A DNA stretch of 58,903 nt, filler included. It is 8 parts of 8 records of this genome, joined end to end, with 100 filler letters (N's around TTAATTAATTAA, not from the genome) between each part and the next. Parts side by side here need not be neighbours in the genome. Positions count along the whole stretch, not along the records: positions 6,578 to 14,280 come from SRR31147125_778; positions 14,381 to 22,459 come from SRR31147125_790; 6 more parts are not named here. One strand, given 5' to 3'. The notes beneath the pieces were generated by a model. It was not told where the DNA came from. It searched no databases and worked only from the letters and a program-made list of their open reading frames with translations. Below are positions 10,117-20,913 of this stretch, piece by piece (the first letter of the stretch is position 1; every line of letters starts with the position of its first letter). The position numbers were made by a program, and so were the translations under genes.

Positions 10117-11649
10117 ATGACGAAAAGAAAATTATTATCAATTTTGATAGTGGGAACACTTTTAATGACAATGGTATTTGGAGTCGTTGGTTGTAAAACA
10201 GCTGATACAGACTCAACGCAGCCGGAGACAGAAGATATTTCTGAAGAAGGAACTAGCGAGGAAATTCCTACAATTAAAATGACAACATTATGTTTTACGA
10301 CGCCTACCGACACGGAAATGGTGGCAGAGGCCATTAGTGAGATTACAAGGGAAAAGATTGGAGTCAATATTGAACTTATTCCAGTAGAAATCGGAAACTG
10401 GAGTTCTGTAATGAGTTTAATGCTGTCAAGTGGTGATAACCAAGTTGATGTATATATCGGTGGATATTGGTCAACTTTGGGTGCGATTGTTAGCAATGGA
10501 CAAGCAATTGCATTGGATGATTATATTGATGAATATGCACCAAATTTAGAGGAAGCATTGACTACGGAAGTATTTAATTGCGGCACAATAGATGGAGAGC
10601 ACTATGGTATTGCGCGCTATTTAGATTTTGGTACAGGTGTAGTTTATAATTTACGTAAGGATATCGCAGATGAATACGGAGTATCAAATGGCGATAGTAT
10701 GACTTTGGATGAATTAACTGAACTTTTTAGAACTATAAGCGCAGATTATCCAGATACTCCATTAGCTGGTTCAACAAGCACTGGTCTTAATGCAGGTGGA
10801 GGAGTACTTGAATCAAGTGTAGACAAATTAGGGGACTCAAATTATTTAGGAGTTTTGATTGGTGATAGCACTACAGTTGTTAACTATTATGAATCAGATG
10901 AATACTTACAAATGGTCGAATATTTCAAACAGTGGAGAGAAATCGGTGTTTATATGTCTGATCCGTTGAACAATACGGAGGCAGCTATGGATTATCTTGT
11001 AAGCGGTAAATGCCTTGGCAATTTTGCCAGCCATTTTGATGCTGAATTAAATGGTATCTGGGCAACCGAGAATTATGGAACAGAAATGATATCAATTTCT
11101 GTTATGGAAGCAGTTGCGCAGACTCCAGGCATGTATTTCTGTGTTGCACCTGACTGTCAGTATCCGGAAAAAGCTGTTGCATGGATAGATCTTATGGCTT
11201 CTGATTCAGAAATAGCTAATCTTCTTGCTAATGGTATTGAAGGTGTACACTATTCTGTTGATGATGAAGGCACAGCACACTATGCAGAAGGCGTGGATGC
11301 TTCAAATGCCGGATGGACCTTGGGACTTTCTTGGACGACGCTAAATTCAACTATTTCGTATCCCTTTGAATATCCTGCAACTTATTATGAAAAGATGGTA
11401 GCTAGCAATAATGACTCTGAAAAGTCAGCAGGCTTTGGATTTGAGTTTGATGCAACAAATGTTGCCAATGAACTTGCGGCATGTACAAATGTTTGCAGTC
11501 AATACAGAGCAGCGATTGAGTGTGCAGCTACAGATAACATGGATGACATGGTGGTAACATTCCAACAGGCGCTAAAAGACGCAGGCATAGATGCGATTAT
11601 TGCTGAAAAGCAAGCACAATTGGATGAGTTTATTGCATCAAACGAATAA
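10117..11649 (+). CDS. Carbohydrate ABC transporter substrate-binding lipoprotein (DUF3502-type)
   Basis: RBS AAGGAGG precedes ATG 10117. Signal peptide with lipobox VVGC; 'GIEGVHY', 'GFEFD' and 'LKDAGIDAIIAEKQAQLD'. Confidence 0.9.
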   Translation: MTKRKLLSILIVGTLLMTMVFGVVGCKTADTDSTQPETEDISEEGTSEEIPTIKMTTLCFTTPTDTEMVAEAISEITREKIGVNIELIPVEIGNWSSVMSLMLSSGDNQVDVYIGGYWSTLGAIVSNGQAIALDDYIDEYAPNLEEALTTEVFNCGTIDGEHYGIARYLDFGTGVVYNLRKDIADEYGVSNGDSMTLDELTELFRTISADYPDTPLAGSTSTGLNAGGGVLESSVDKLGDSNYLGVLIGDSTTVVNYYESDEYLQMVEYFKQWREIGVYMSDPLNNTEAAMDYLVSGKCLGNFASHFDAELNGIWATENYGTEMISISVMEAVAQTPGMYFCVAPDCQYPEKAVAWIDLMASDSEIANLLANGIEGVHYSVDDEGTAHYAEGVDASNAGWTLGLSWTTLNSTISYPFEYPATYYEKMVASNNDSEKSAGFGFEFDATNVANELAACTNVCSQYRAAIECAATDNMDDMVVTFQQALKDAGIDAIIAEKQAQLDEFIASNE

Positions 11650-11690
11650 AGATTAAATTGAGAAGATAGAACAAGGAGAAATAGCGAGTT

Positions 11691-12614
11691 ATGGTTAAGG
11701 GTAGTAAAAGAAAGAAAATAAATGTTAGAAACTTACCGCTATATTTAATGATGATACCGGGAATTGCATACATACTCATCAATAATTATATTCCGATGTT
11801 AGGTTTAGTCATTGCATTTAAAAAGGTTAATTATAGCCTTGGAATTTTAAATAGTCCATGGGTTGGATTTGATAACTTTGAGTTTTTATTCAAAACTAAA
11901 GATGCATTCATTATTTTCAGAAATACAGTAGGATATAACTTGCTATTTCTCATATTAGGTACATTTTTTTCTATTGTTATTGCCATTATGCTTAGTGAAA
12001 TTAGAATTAAGAGAAGACTTAGACTCTATCAAACAAGTATCTTGGTTCCGTTTCTATTATCAAGTGTATTACTTGCGTATGTGGTATTTGCATTTTTAAG
12101 TTCAGATAGTGGCTTGATTAACAACACTTTAGAAAAACTGGGTATTGAGCCGATTTCATGGTATTCAGAATCTGAGTATTGGCCGTATATTCTTACGTCA
12201 GTATATTTGTGGAAATCAATTGGCTATACCTCAATCATCTATTTTGCAACTATTATTGGAATAGATAAATCTTATTATGAAGCAGCTGTAGTGGATGGAG
12301 CAACGATATGGCAGCAAATTCGGTATATTACATTGGCTCATTTAAAACCTACAATCATTACATTAGTATTATTGCATATTGGACGAATGCTTTATTCAGA
12401 TTTTGGTCTGTTTTATCAAGTTCCAATGAATAATGGACTTTTATACAATGCTACAAATACGATTGATACTTATGTGTATCGTGGATTACTGCAATTGAAT
12501 GATATAGGTCGCTCTTCTGCAGCGGGATTTATACAATCTGTTTTAGGATTCGTTCTTGTATTAGGGGCTAATGCTCTTACCAGAAGAATAGATAGAAACA
12601 GTGCATTATTCTGA
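11691..12614 (+). CDS. Carbohydrate ABC transporter permease (LplB-like)
   Basis: 'SPWVGFDNF', EAA loop 'YYEAAVVDGA', 'TIDTYVYR', and multiple TM helices. Confidence 0.93.
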   Translation: MVKGSKRKKINVRNLPLYLMMIPGIAYILINNYIPMLGLVIAFKKVNYSLGILNSPWVGFDNFEFLFKTKDAFIIFRNTVGYNLLFLILGTFFSIVIAIMLSEIRIKRRLRLYQTSILVPFLLSSVLLAYVVFAFLSSDSGLINNTLEKLGIEPISWYSESEYWPYILTSVYLWKSIGYTSIIYFATIIGIDKSYYEAAVVDGATIWQQIRYITLAHLKPTIITLVLLHIGRMLYSDFGLFYQVPMNNGLLYNATNTIDTYVYRGLLQLNDIGRSSAAGFIQSVLGFVLVLGANALTRRIDRNSALF

Positions 12615-12748
12615 TTTATTATTTAATTTTTGCTTGTAGATGCAATAAGCTTACCAAATGATGTTGGTGAGCACAAATACTATATTTATAAGAGATACCA
12701 GCTTTGTCTGGGGAACAAACATTAAAACTGAGAGTGAGTAGTTACAAA

Positions 12749-13639
12749 ATGATCGTAAATAGCAAGAAATTTCGAATTATTATAAATTGTGTATTAGGAC
12801 TTATAACAATTGTTTGCATTTTTCCTGTGCTTCTTTTATTTGTGGCATCTTTTACAGATGAACAAGTTCTTTTAAAGTATGGATATTCAATTATTCCAAG
12901 GGAATTAAGCACATATGCATACGAATATATTTTTAAAGCAAGTAATACAATTTTTCGTTCTTATGGAATTACTATTTTTGTAACCGCAGTTGGTACTTTT
13001 TTAAATATTGTATTTACTGTTTTATTGTCGTATCCATTATCACGGAAAGAAGTAAAGGGAAGAAATATCATTTCTTTTATGATATTTTTCACGATGCTAT
13101 TTAATGGAGGATTAGTACCATCATATATGATGTGGACACAAGTATTTCATGTTCGAGATACCATTTGGGCACTAATATTTCCGAATCTTTTGCTGCAGCC
13201 ATTTTTTATAATTATGATGAGGAATTATTTTAGAGTAAATATACCGGAGGCTATAATAGAATCTGCTAGGATAGAAGGTGCCAGTGAGATGTTCTTGCTG
13301 CGTAAAATCGTAATCCCAATATCTACCCCTATTATTGCAACTGTTGGATTAATGGCTGGACTTGGTTATTGGAATGACTGGATGAATGGTTTATATTATT
13401 TAATAAAACGAACTGACTTATACAGCGTTCAAAATGTTCTTAACACTATGTTGAATAATGTGAATTTCTTAAAATCACAAGGTGCTATACAAGGCAGCAC
13501 ATTTACTGTAGGAACCATACCGAGTATTGGCATTCGTATGGCAATTGCAGTGATTGCGTTAGTTCCTATATTGATAATATATCCTTTTATACAAAAAGCA
13601 TTTGTTAAAGGTATTATAGTTGGTGGAGTGAAGGGTTAG
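12749..13639 (+). CDS. Carbohydrate ABC transporter permease (LplC-like)
   Basis: 'FNGGLVPSY', 'IESARIEGA', 'YWNDW' and C-terminal 'YPFIQKAFVKGIIVGGVKG'. The start is taken at ATG 12749. Confidence 0.93.
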   Translation: MIVNSKKFRIIINCVLGLITIVCIFPVLLLFVASFTDEQVLLKYGYSIIPRELSTYAYEYIFKASNTIFRSYGITIFVTAVGTFLNIVFTVLLSYPLSRKEVKGRNIISFMIFFTMLFNGGLVPSYMMWTQVFHVRDTIWALIFPNLLLQPFFIIMMRNYFRVNIPEAIIESARIEGASEMFLLRKIVIPISTPIIATVGLMAGLGYWNDWMNGLYYLIKRTDLYSVQNVLNTMLNNVNFLKSQGAIQGSTFTVGTIPSIGIRMAIAVIALVPILIIYPFIQKAFVKGIIVGGVKG

Positions 13640-13920
13640 GAAAGTGAATTCATTTGAATTGCTGTGTTAAAAGACAAAAGAGGTATTTACTATCCTTAGT
13701 GATTAGTGCTAGAAAGTTTCATTTAAATAATATTTCGCCGCTTAATTGCTATATACAATCTTTCCCCATTTATTAAAATTAGCTTATGAGAGTTTATTGT
13801 TTTAGATCGAATAATTTGTGGTTTTTTTGTGTTACATCCTTAATAGGATAATCGATATTGGGCTTTATCAGAAGAAAGGACAGATGACTCTTGGTATATG
13901 GTCATCAAAAATTACGGAAC

Positions 13921-14280
13921 ATGAAAAATATAGATATAAATAACTACGGAAATAAAAAGGTATTGAACACTTTAGCATCTTCTGCTGATGGATGGACACC
14001 TTCTGTAATTAATGATACCAGCATTATTCCCAAAGGTGATATGCCGGGTGATAAGATTGAAATAAATCAAGAGCATATTAAAAAAGCTAATATAATCTTT
14101 CCTGTATTGCTGAATAAACTTAGTCAGCTTATTGCTCAATCAACCTCTTCTAAAGCGGTAATATCTGTACATGGTGGTTCAGGTGTTGGTAAATCTGAAA
14201 TTGGGTCACTGCTGTCTTATTATCTTAACGAATTGGGTATTGGCAGTTATGTTATATCCGGAGATAATTATCCCAGAAGG
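13921..14280 (+). CDS. P-loop kinase-like protein (uridine/adenylylsulfate kinase-like fold), 3'-truncated
   Basis: Walker A 'GGSGVGKS' followed by 'ISGDNY'; runs into the gap. Confidence 0.6.
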
Positions 14281-14380
14281 NNNNNNNNNNNNNNNNNNNN
14301 NNNNNNNNNNNNNNNNNNNNNNNNTTAATTAATTAANNNNNNNNNNNNNNNNNNNNNNNNNNNNNNNNNNNNNNNNNNNN
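14281..14380. other. Artificial contig spacer
   Basis: N-run + TTAATTAATTAA + N-run. Confidence 0.99.
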
Positions 14381-14977
14381 TTTTATAAAGTCAATATCAA
14401 AATCGATATTGGATTCATTTTTAAGGTTCATTTTCAGGTAAAACTTATTATCCCGGACATAAATTTTATCCATATAAAAATTCACTTTAGCCTTTGAAAA
14501 TCCGGCAATAGGAAAATCCATTTTCATTTCGTAAAGCTCTTTACAGGTCTCCTCGATGGAAGCCGTCTTAATAGTTGGTTCTTTTTTTACCGGTTCAGAT
14601 ACCGGGATAACAGGAGCTCTTGGTTCTGAATCATCAACTGCCGTAAAACGTCTTAAGGCTTCGTAATCTTCAGGGAAAAAATACAACTGTTCAGGATTGT
14701 CTTTATAATCCAACATAAAAGCATAAATACCGGTCTTTGTTGTAACGGTTAAGTTTGTCTGGTAATCGGCTTGCTGCCGGATGGCAGTAACCTTCACATA
14801 ATTTTTTTCATAGCTTACATCATATGCCTGATCCATTCCCAAATTTGTTGAAACCACGGGTGAATCAAAATAGATGAACGAAGATTTAAAAATTGAAACT
14901 GAAATTTTTTCAATCTCTCCTGCTTTGGAAAAAAGACAGGAAAGCATAAGGATACTTACAATGATAAAATTTTTCAT
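14381..14977 (-). CDS. traN: Conjugative transposon TraN/DUF4138-like protein (VirB9 analogue), 3'-truncated
   Basis: Signal peptide, 'TNLTVTT' and 'LKNESNIDFDIDFI'; lies after traM. Confidence 0.72.
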
Positions 14978-14990
14978 AATGGTTCTGTAT

Positions 14991-15953
14991 TTATTTAATT
15001 AAAAAAAGTTTGTGTTCGTCAAGGATGGTACAGCCCTTTTTGCGTGACCATTTTTTTACTTCCTGCCCCACATTTTGTATGACACTCATAGAACTTAAGC
15101 CAATTGCCTGTTCTGTTAAAGTACTACTTGTTTTGTCTGCCACATCATTAACCGCACCGCCCCCTATATAAATTCCGGGCAGACCATCGTTGGCATCGCA
15201 CACGGTAAACTTTACAGGATAAATTTTATTCCTGTAAGCAATGGTTTTGATAGTAACATTTACCCGTTCATTGGAAATACGGGCTACACCGGAAACAAAT
15301 GTATTTCGGGGGATAACAATCCCATTATCGAGAGTTAAAGGAGCAAGCAAACGTATTTTCAACAGGGTATTATCATATAATTTTTGCTGGCCGTAAACAG
15401 AAGCTTTCAGTGTATTATCAATGGATTGAGAACCGGATTTTACAGAAAACCGCTGTTTGGTAACCATTGGTTTTGCCGGCTCTGGTTCCGGCATAGGTTC
15501 TAACTGTTGTGTTTCCTTATTACCTGCTTCAATTTCTATTTCGCCGGCGGCCTGTTGCCTTTTGGGTTTTACCTTAACATATTTAGAAGCTCTCACGGGT
15601 TTTCTCTTCACCGGTGTTTGTGTAACAGGTTCCTGTTCTAACCGGGCAGGCTCAGAAAGAACAGGTTCAGTTTCTACAGAAACAGAATCCTTTTCCTGTT
15701 CCAAATCTTCCGTTTCAAAAGGATTTAATAAAACAGGATCTTTGGGTTTTTCCGGCTCTGTGCGTAAAACCTTACGAACCCTTTTATTGTAATCATCTTT
15801 CAGGTCATTTTTCACAATTTCAGGAGCTTCAAATTTTTCCCGGTGGTTTGTTTCTTTATCACCGCCAAAGGCTGATACGCCATAAACGATGATAAAAATA
15901 AAGACAAGCCCTATCACCCCGATAACAGCGATTTGTTGTTTATCCATTTTCAT
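14991..15953 (-). CDS. traM: Conjugative transposon TraM-like protein (VirB10 analogue)
   Basis: N-terminal TM, Pro/charged linker, and C-domain 'KIRLL...IPRNTFVSG...RVNVTI...DGLPGIYI'. Confidence 0.8.
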   Translation of the reverse strand: MKMDKQQIAVIGVIGLVFIFIIVYGVSAFGGDKETNHREKFEAPEIVKNDLKDDYNKRVRKVLRTEPEKPKDPVLLNPFETEDLEQEKDSVSVETEPVLSEPARLEQEPVTQTPVKRKPVRASKYVKVKPKRQQAAGEIEIEAGNKETQQLEPMPEPEPAKPMVTKQRFSVKSGSQSIDNTLKASVYGQQKLYDNTLLKIRLLAPLTLDNGIVIPRNTFVSGVARISNERVNVTIKTIAYRNKIYPVKFTVCDANDGLPGIYIGGGAVNDVADKTSSTLTEQAIGLSSMSVIQNVGQEVKKWSRKKGCTILDEHKLFLIK

Positions 15954-15956
15954 AAT

Positions 15957-16582
15957 TTACTCTGTTAATTGTTGTCTTGAATTTTCGATAAAATTTGAAA
16001 TCAGTAAGCCGTGCGGGTTCAAAGGATAGTTCCGGCCAACAAGAACAATATTGCCCGAAGTTTCGAACGAATAAGAATTTTTCTTTCCTCCCTGTTGGAT
16101 AACAAGGGTAGCAGAAACATGAAATGTATACGGCTCTTTGTCACCGCTAACAGTAATATCTTCCGGATTAAGGAATAAATCCTGCCGGATTTGGTATTGC
16201 CTCACCTTGTCATACCACAGGTCATTCTGCCGGGAAATGTATAAATCCTCCACAGATTTGTCCCCAAACCAGAGTGCGTGTTGTTCTATACGTTCTTTGT
16301 AGTTGTACGCATCATACTGGTAAAAATACCGGTGGAAAGTTTCAAGGTGGTTTTTAATCTCTATTTTAATGTTCTCGTCCCGTTCAACCCATTCCAAAGG
16401 GATAACATCACCGTTTTTGTCAAAGGTAAGTACATTGTTCATCTGCATAAAGTAGATATTGAACAATACCGCGGCATTTACAATGATGCTGACCATAACA
16501 AAAACAATACGCCCCATACCACAAGGTTGTTGCGGCGCAGCATACGGTAAATGTCAATTTCAGGTCTTTTTTTTGCGTCCAT
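15957..16582 (-). CDS. traK: Conjugative transposon TraK-like protein (VirB8 analogue), frameshifted near 16500-16510
   Basis: N-terminus MDAKKRPEIDIYRMLRRN (ATG 16582) joins a frame containing 'HLETFHRYFY' and C-terminal 'RNYPLNPHGLLISNF'. Confidence 0.78.
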
Positions 16583-16592
16583 AGTTTTAATA

Positions 16593-18994
16593 TTAATATC
16601 CGAGATAATTTTTAATTGCTGTTTCCATGTTTCCGGTCTGTTTGTAAAGCTTATCAAGGGCTGAATATTCGTCTCCATCTGTTGAATAAGCCAGTAATGC
16701 TTCACGGGGAAGTTCAAGCCGGACAACGTTAAAATAAGAGCCAATCATCAGCCCTATTTCTGAGTACTTTACCTGGCCCGAAAAATTACTTTTAAGGCTG
16801 TTCAGTTGGGTTTGTATATGGGGTGGATATTCGAAACGTTTTATAATCTCTGAATATCCTTTTGTGTTCTGGATGATATAACAAACCTGTGTGTTTTCAA
16901 TCATTGCCTTGGCAACATCATTTGTTAGTAGCTGTGCCGGTGATTGAAGCACAATTCCCACAGCACCGTTATATTTTCGTATTGCCTGGAAGAAATATTC
17001 AGTGCTTGTAAGGATAGAAGGGAATTTCAGCATCTTGGCGAATTCGTCAAAAAAGATAACTGAGCGCTTCCCCCGGTCACTCCATACGTTGGCTTCAATT
17101 GCCGTAGATGCAATCTGAGTGAAAATTGATAAAAGCAGTGAATTGTCTTTTACTTCGTCGAACTCAAAAATCACCCATTTTTTCCCTTTGATACGGGCAA
17201 TGTTTTCTGAGGGCCGGAAAACAAAACTATAAATCCCGTTTTCCCTGAACTCGCTCCACAGGTGCAGGAACTCATTAATATCAAAAAGTCCGGTAAGTTC
17301 AAGCTGTTTCAGTAAATCATCTTTATACTGTTCTGTGAAAGCCAGGAACGAATAAAAATCATGCCCTTTCCCCACATTTTTGTAATACGTGGCAATGATT
17401 TTCTTAAGGGCAACCATCAGCTTTAAAGTGTCCTTTTCAGCTGCCTCAGCTTCCACATAAGGGATGTATAAAAACTGTGAAAGGGATTCAATAAAAGCAC
17501 TGTCAGGTTCAGCCCCGTATAAATCGAAAGGATTTATTCCAAGGGGATTTCCTTTTTGATAACGGACTTGTACGGTATCATCAGGATATAAGCGGCCAAT
17601 GTTCCCGTAACTATTGCCCAGGTCAAAGATTACAATTGAAACATCCTGCTCGTAATACTGTCTTAAGATATGGTTGGCCAGTACCGATTTTCCCTCACCG
17701 GTTGGTGCCATAACAAAGAAATTTCTTGCTTTGATACGCTTTTTTGCTTTGTCCCATACATCACGAAACACTGGCGTATTAAAAAGCCGGTCATTAAACT
17801 GTATCCCGGATGGGTCACTCTGGTAGTTTGTGGTATTGATAAAAAAGCAAAGCATGGCCTTTAAATCAATCGGGGAAATGATATTATCCAGGTCAATATT
17901 TTTCACAAAGCCCGGAAAGGAATTTGCAAACAAATTTTTCCGGTTAAGTCCTGTCGGGAAATAAGGCAGTATATCAAGGTTTTTAAAAGCCGAAGAAATT
18001 CTGTCCTGTTGACGCTTATAACCGGCTTTGTCAGTGGCAAAGAAAACCACGTTTACATGACCTCCGCATAAGCGTATACTTTCATCATCTGCAAGCTCAT
18101 TCAGGTAATCGGTCAACTTTTCTGCTCCCCGTTCATATTCCTTATTAAATTTACGTGAGCCAAACATAGACTTTTTCTGACTCTCTATTTTCTTTTTCTC
18201 GCCGGCATGGTCTTTTACAAAGACAAGTGTATTTACAATATGGTCACAGTCAAGTTGCAGTCCGAGGCCATCCAAAAAACCTTGATGGAACTGGTTTACA
18301 GAACTTGACATTTGGCTGTCAACAACAGAAGTTTTTACGCTTTCCCCGAGGTTGGCAGCTTCCGGTATGGCAAACACACCGATATGCTTTTCACCAACGG
18401 TCATTTCAGCAAAATCAATATCAGTTTTACGGTCCGGGTAAAAGCCGTTAAAATAGGCAAACTCAATAAAGCGCATTTCGTTGTCACTCATGGCCTGTGC
18501 CTGAATAATACGCTGGCTGTTCAGGTATTCAACAGCCCTTTCAATTTCATTGATATGCGTGTCGTTTTCAAGGGATTTGGAAACCACCTCTTTTTCCTGA
18601 CCGGTTTGTGGAAAGGGTTTTTAATTTTCCCCGGTGTGGGCAATGCAGGGTTGGGCAAAGTAAAGAATAAAAAAGGGTGGTGATGCAGGTATTTCTTGCC
18701 GTTAAAATGCCGTTTTGCAGCAGATTGCAAAAAGGTATCTGTGGGCATTACATCATCGTTGTACTGTGTTTGTGAATAAATATCCATGCGGTGAACTATT
18801 GTTCCCGCCGGTAAGGTTTTTAAAGCAGAAAACCATTTGTCGTGAATATTTTCAAACCCCTGCCGGTCGAGGGAAAATACTTCCGGCAAAACAAGGTTAA
18901 AACCTAAAATAACACTCCCGTTATTGGTATAAGCCTTGTTGTTTTCAACGTAGATAAATGGTTGTATATCCTTTAGTAAAATTTTATCCATCAA
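16593..18994 (-). CDS. traG: TraG-family conjugation ATPase (VirB4), frameshifted in an A5 run near 18593; about 800 aa when joined
   Basis: N-terminal 'LPEVFSL...LPAGTIVHRMD', Walker A 'APTGEGKS', 'DLGNSY', Walker B 'FFDEFAK' and 'IRKYNGA'. Confidence 0.88.
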
Positions 18995-19271
18995 GATTAT
19001 TTTTTAGAGAGCCGGGGTACCTGTCCGAGAACAATAAGCGGAAAACATTAAACCGGGACAATACCAGGCAGACAACATAAGAAAGTGTCGTTATCAATAA
19101 TGACACAAGAATTTTTTTAAAGCTTATTCCTGCTATTAATGTTGTTGCAGTAATGGCAACAACAGCCAGGAAAGCCCCGAAAAGGGGAAGTTTAAGCCCC
19201 CAAATCAATGGGGACCTATTCAGGTTTTTGTTAATCTTAAATGTCGCCATACCAAGGAGATTAGATTGCAA
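18984..19271 (-). CDS. Small membrane protein, TraF/VirB3-like
   Basis: 'FKINKNLNRSPLIWGLK' followed by two TM helices; directly upstream of the VirB4 gene. Confidence 0.6.
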   Translation of the reverse strand: MQSNLLGMATFKINKNLNRSPLIWGLKLPLFGAFLAVVAITATTLIAGISFKKILVSLLITTLSYVVCLVLSRFNVFRLLFSDRYPGSLKNNLDG

Positions 19272-19560
19272 TTGCTGAAATTGCTTCGTAAACTCCTACA
19301 ATGGTCAGTACAGCGCCTAAATAAATAAGGATATTTACAGCACCTTGTTTAATGTCGCGGTTTTCACCAAAAAACTTTCCGAGGTTCATAAATGCACCTA
19401 CAAGAAAAACCACTCCTGCAACAATTGGATAAGCCGGGCGAATCCAGTTATCCCTTAAATCAGTCATTGCATCTACAAATGCATTGGCATGTGCTGCCAT
19501 TACAAACAATGAGAACATGAACATCATGGTTACTTTTTTCATTTTGTTTTTCATCTTCAA
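19261..19560 (-). CDS. Pilin-like protein, TraE/VirB2-like
   Basis: Signal peptide ending AHA, then two hydrophobic helices separated by 'GKFFGENRDIKQG'; precedes the VirB3/VirB4 genes. Confidence 0.6.
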   Translation of the reverse strand: MKMKNKMKKVTMMFMFSLFVMAAHANAFVDAMTDLRDNWIRPAYPIVAGVVFLVGAFMNLGKFFGENRDIKQGAVNILIYLGAVLTIVGVYEAISAIAI

Positions 19561-19613
19561 AAATTTTTGTTTTTCCTTGTACCTGTTAGTACAAATTATT
19601 TATTATAAGAACA

Positions 19614-20003
19614 TCAGGCAGCCTCCCGACTACCTGAAAAAATGCGTCTAATGCGTTTATTTGAGTATGATTTTTTTGTCTTCCTGAAATTTAGACTTAC
19701 ACCACCCCGGTGCTGTGCAAGGACAAATATTAAAGCAAAAAGCGTTTGCTGTAAAAAGGTTTTTCCCTGTTCAAGATGCTTTAATTGCTGATACCTAACC
19801 TTAAGACCGGTCAACTGTTCGGTTTCTTTAATTGCCCTGTATTTCCATTTGGGACCGAATAAATCGACAAAAGAATCTATAATTTGTTGATTTACTTCAA
19901 TACTTGTCTGGTGCATATCCAAAGGAAGATCCCTTGTCAAGGGCTTAACTTTATCGGTGCTTTTGAGTACAAGGGGAGTATCTAAATAAAATGTTTTTTT
20001 CAT
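19614..20003 (-). CDS. Hypothetical basic protein within the tra cluster
   Basis: ORF is co-oriented with the tra genes. The start is uncertain (ATG 20003 or 20072). Confidence 0.45.
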   Translation of the reverse strand: MKKTFYLDTPLVLKSTDKVKPLTRDLPLDMHQTSIEVNQQIIDSFVDLFGPKWKYRAIKETEQLTGLKVRYQQLKHLEQGKTFLQQTLFALIFVLAQHRGGVSLNFRKTKKSYSNKRIRRIFSGSREAA

Positions 20004-20084
20004 CGTTAAATCAAATAATAAGTTCATCTGTAAGTGCAGTAAAATCGATTGTGCCGTTTGATTTAGAAGCATAACCCAAAAATA

Positions 20085-20909
20085 CTACGGCCACAAAGAC
20101 TTTACAATCTCAGAAGATTGACGGAAAAGTTTAATTTTCAACCATATTAAACCAAGCACTGCAACTGCCCGAATGGTTTCCCCTGCTATTAGCATTGTAC
20201 CTATTTTTGTTGCGCTGTCTGTCATATATTCCATAAATCGCACATAAAATTCATTGGCAAAAACATTCACCAGTAAAAGCGGAATGATGGTTATAAAAGT
20301 GCGCACGTAAACCTTTACGATATTATAAATCAGTTCACGATAGTTGGGGAATACGGCAAAAGCCACAAACAGAGGAGAAAGTATTTTTATCACGCCCAGG
20401 ACAAAAAAACGTTTACCAAGGAACATCAGGAAGATTAAAATATCCACATAATAGGCAATACCTATTATTCCTTTGGTAAGCCATCCCATTGGCGAGATAT
20501 AAGACTTGATTTCCAACAGGGTTTGTAAAACAGAGTTTAATACCGAATCCTCTTCAGTACTGAGTGCGACGGGTATATCATCCATTTTCTGAATAGTTAA
20601 CTCTGTACCCATATCATCAAGGAACAGGGAAAACACACCGTTCAAAACATCATCCATCAGTTGCAGGATTTCAGGAATAAATGCAATCAAAATAAGTATT
20701 CCCAAAATCCGTAATATATCATAAGGCCCGAAACCGGATTCCTGACCTGTTTTTGAGCTACCGCTTGTGGCGTAATTTTTCATTATTTTTTGTGCCGAGG
20801 CAACAAGAAAAACAAGGGCAGCCACAATCTTTGATGCATAAACCAAAACAGTTGCATGGCCTGAAAAAACCTCCTTGCTTAAATCGGATATAAAATCAAT
20901 ATCAAACAT
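20085..20909 (-). CDS. Polytopic membrane protein, TraJ/VirB6-like
   Basis: Multiple TM helices; 'FVLGVIKILSPLFVAFAVFP' resembles the VirB6/TraJ core; tra context. Confidence 0.65.
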   Translation of the reverse strand: MFDIDFISDLSKEVFSGHATVLVYASKIVAALVFLVASAQKIMKNYATSGSSKTGQESGFGPYDILRILGILILIAFIPEILQLMDDVLNGVFSLFLDDMGTELTIQKMDDIPVALSTEEDSVLNSVLQTLLEIKSYISPMGWLTKGIIGIAYYVDILIFLMFLGKRFFVLGVIKILSPLFVAFAVFPNYRELIYNIVKVYVRTFITIIPLLLVNVFANEFYVRFMEYMTDSATKIGTMLIAGETIRAVAVLGLIWLKIKLFRQSSEIVKSLWP

Positions 20910-20913
20910 GGTT

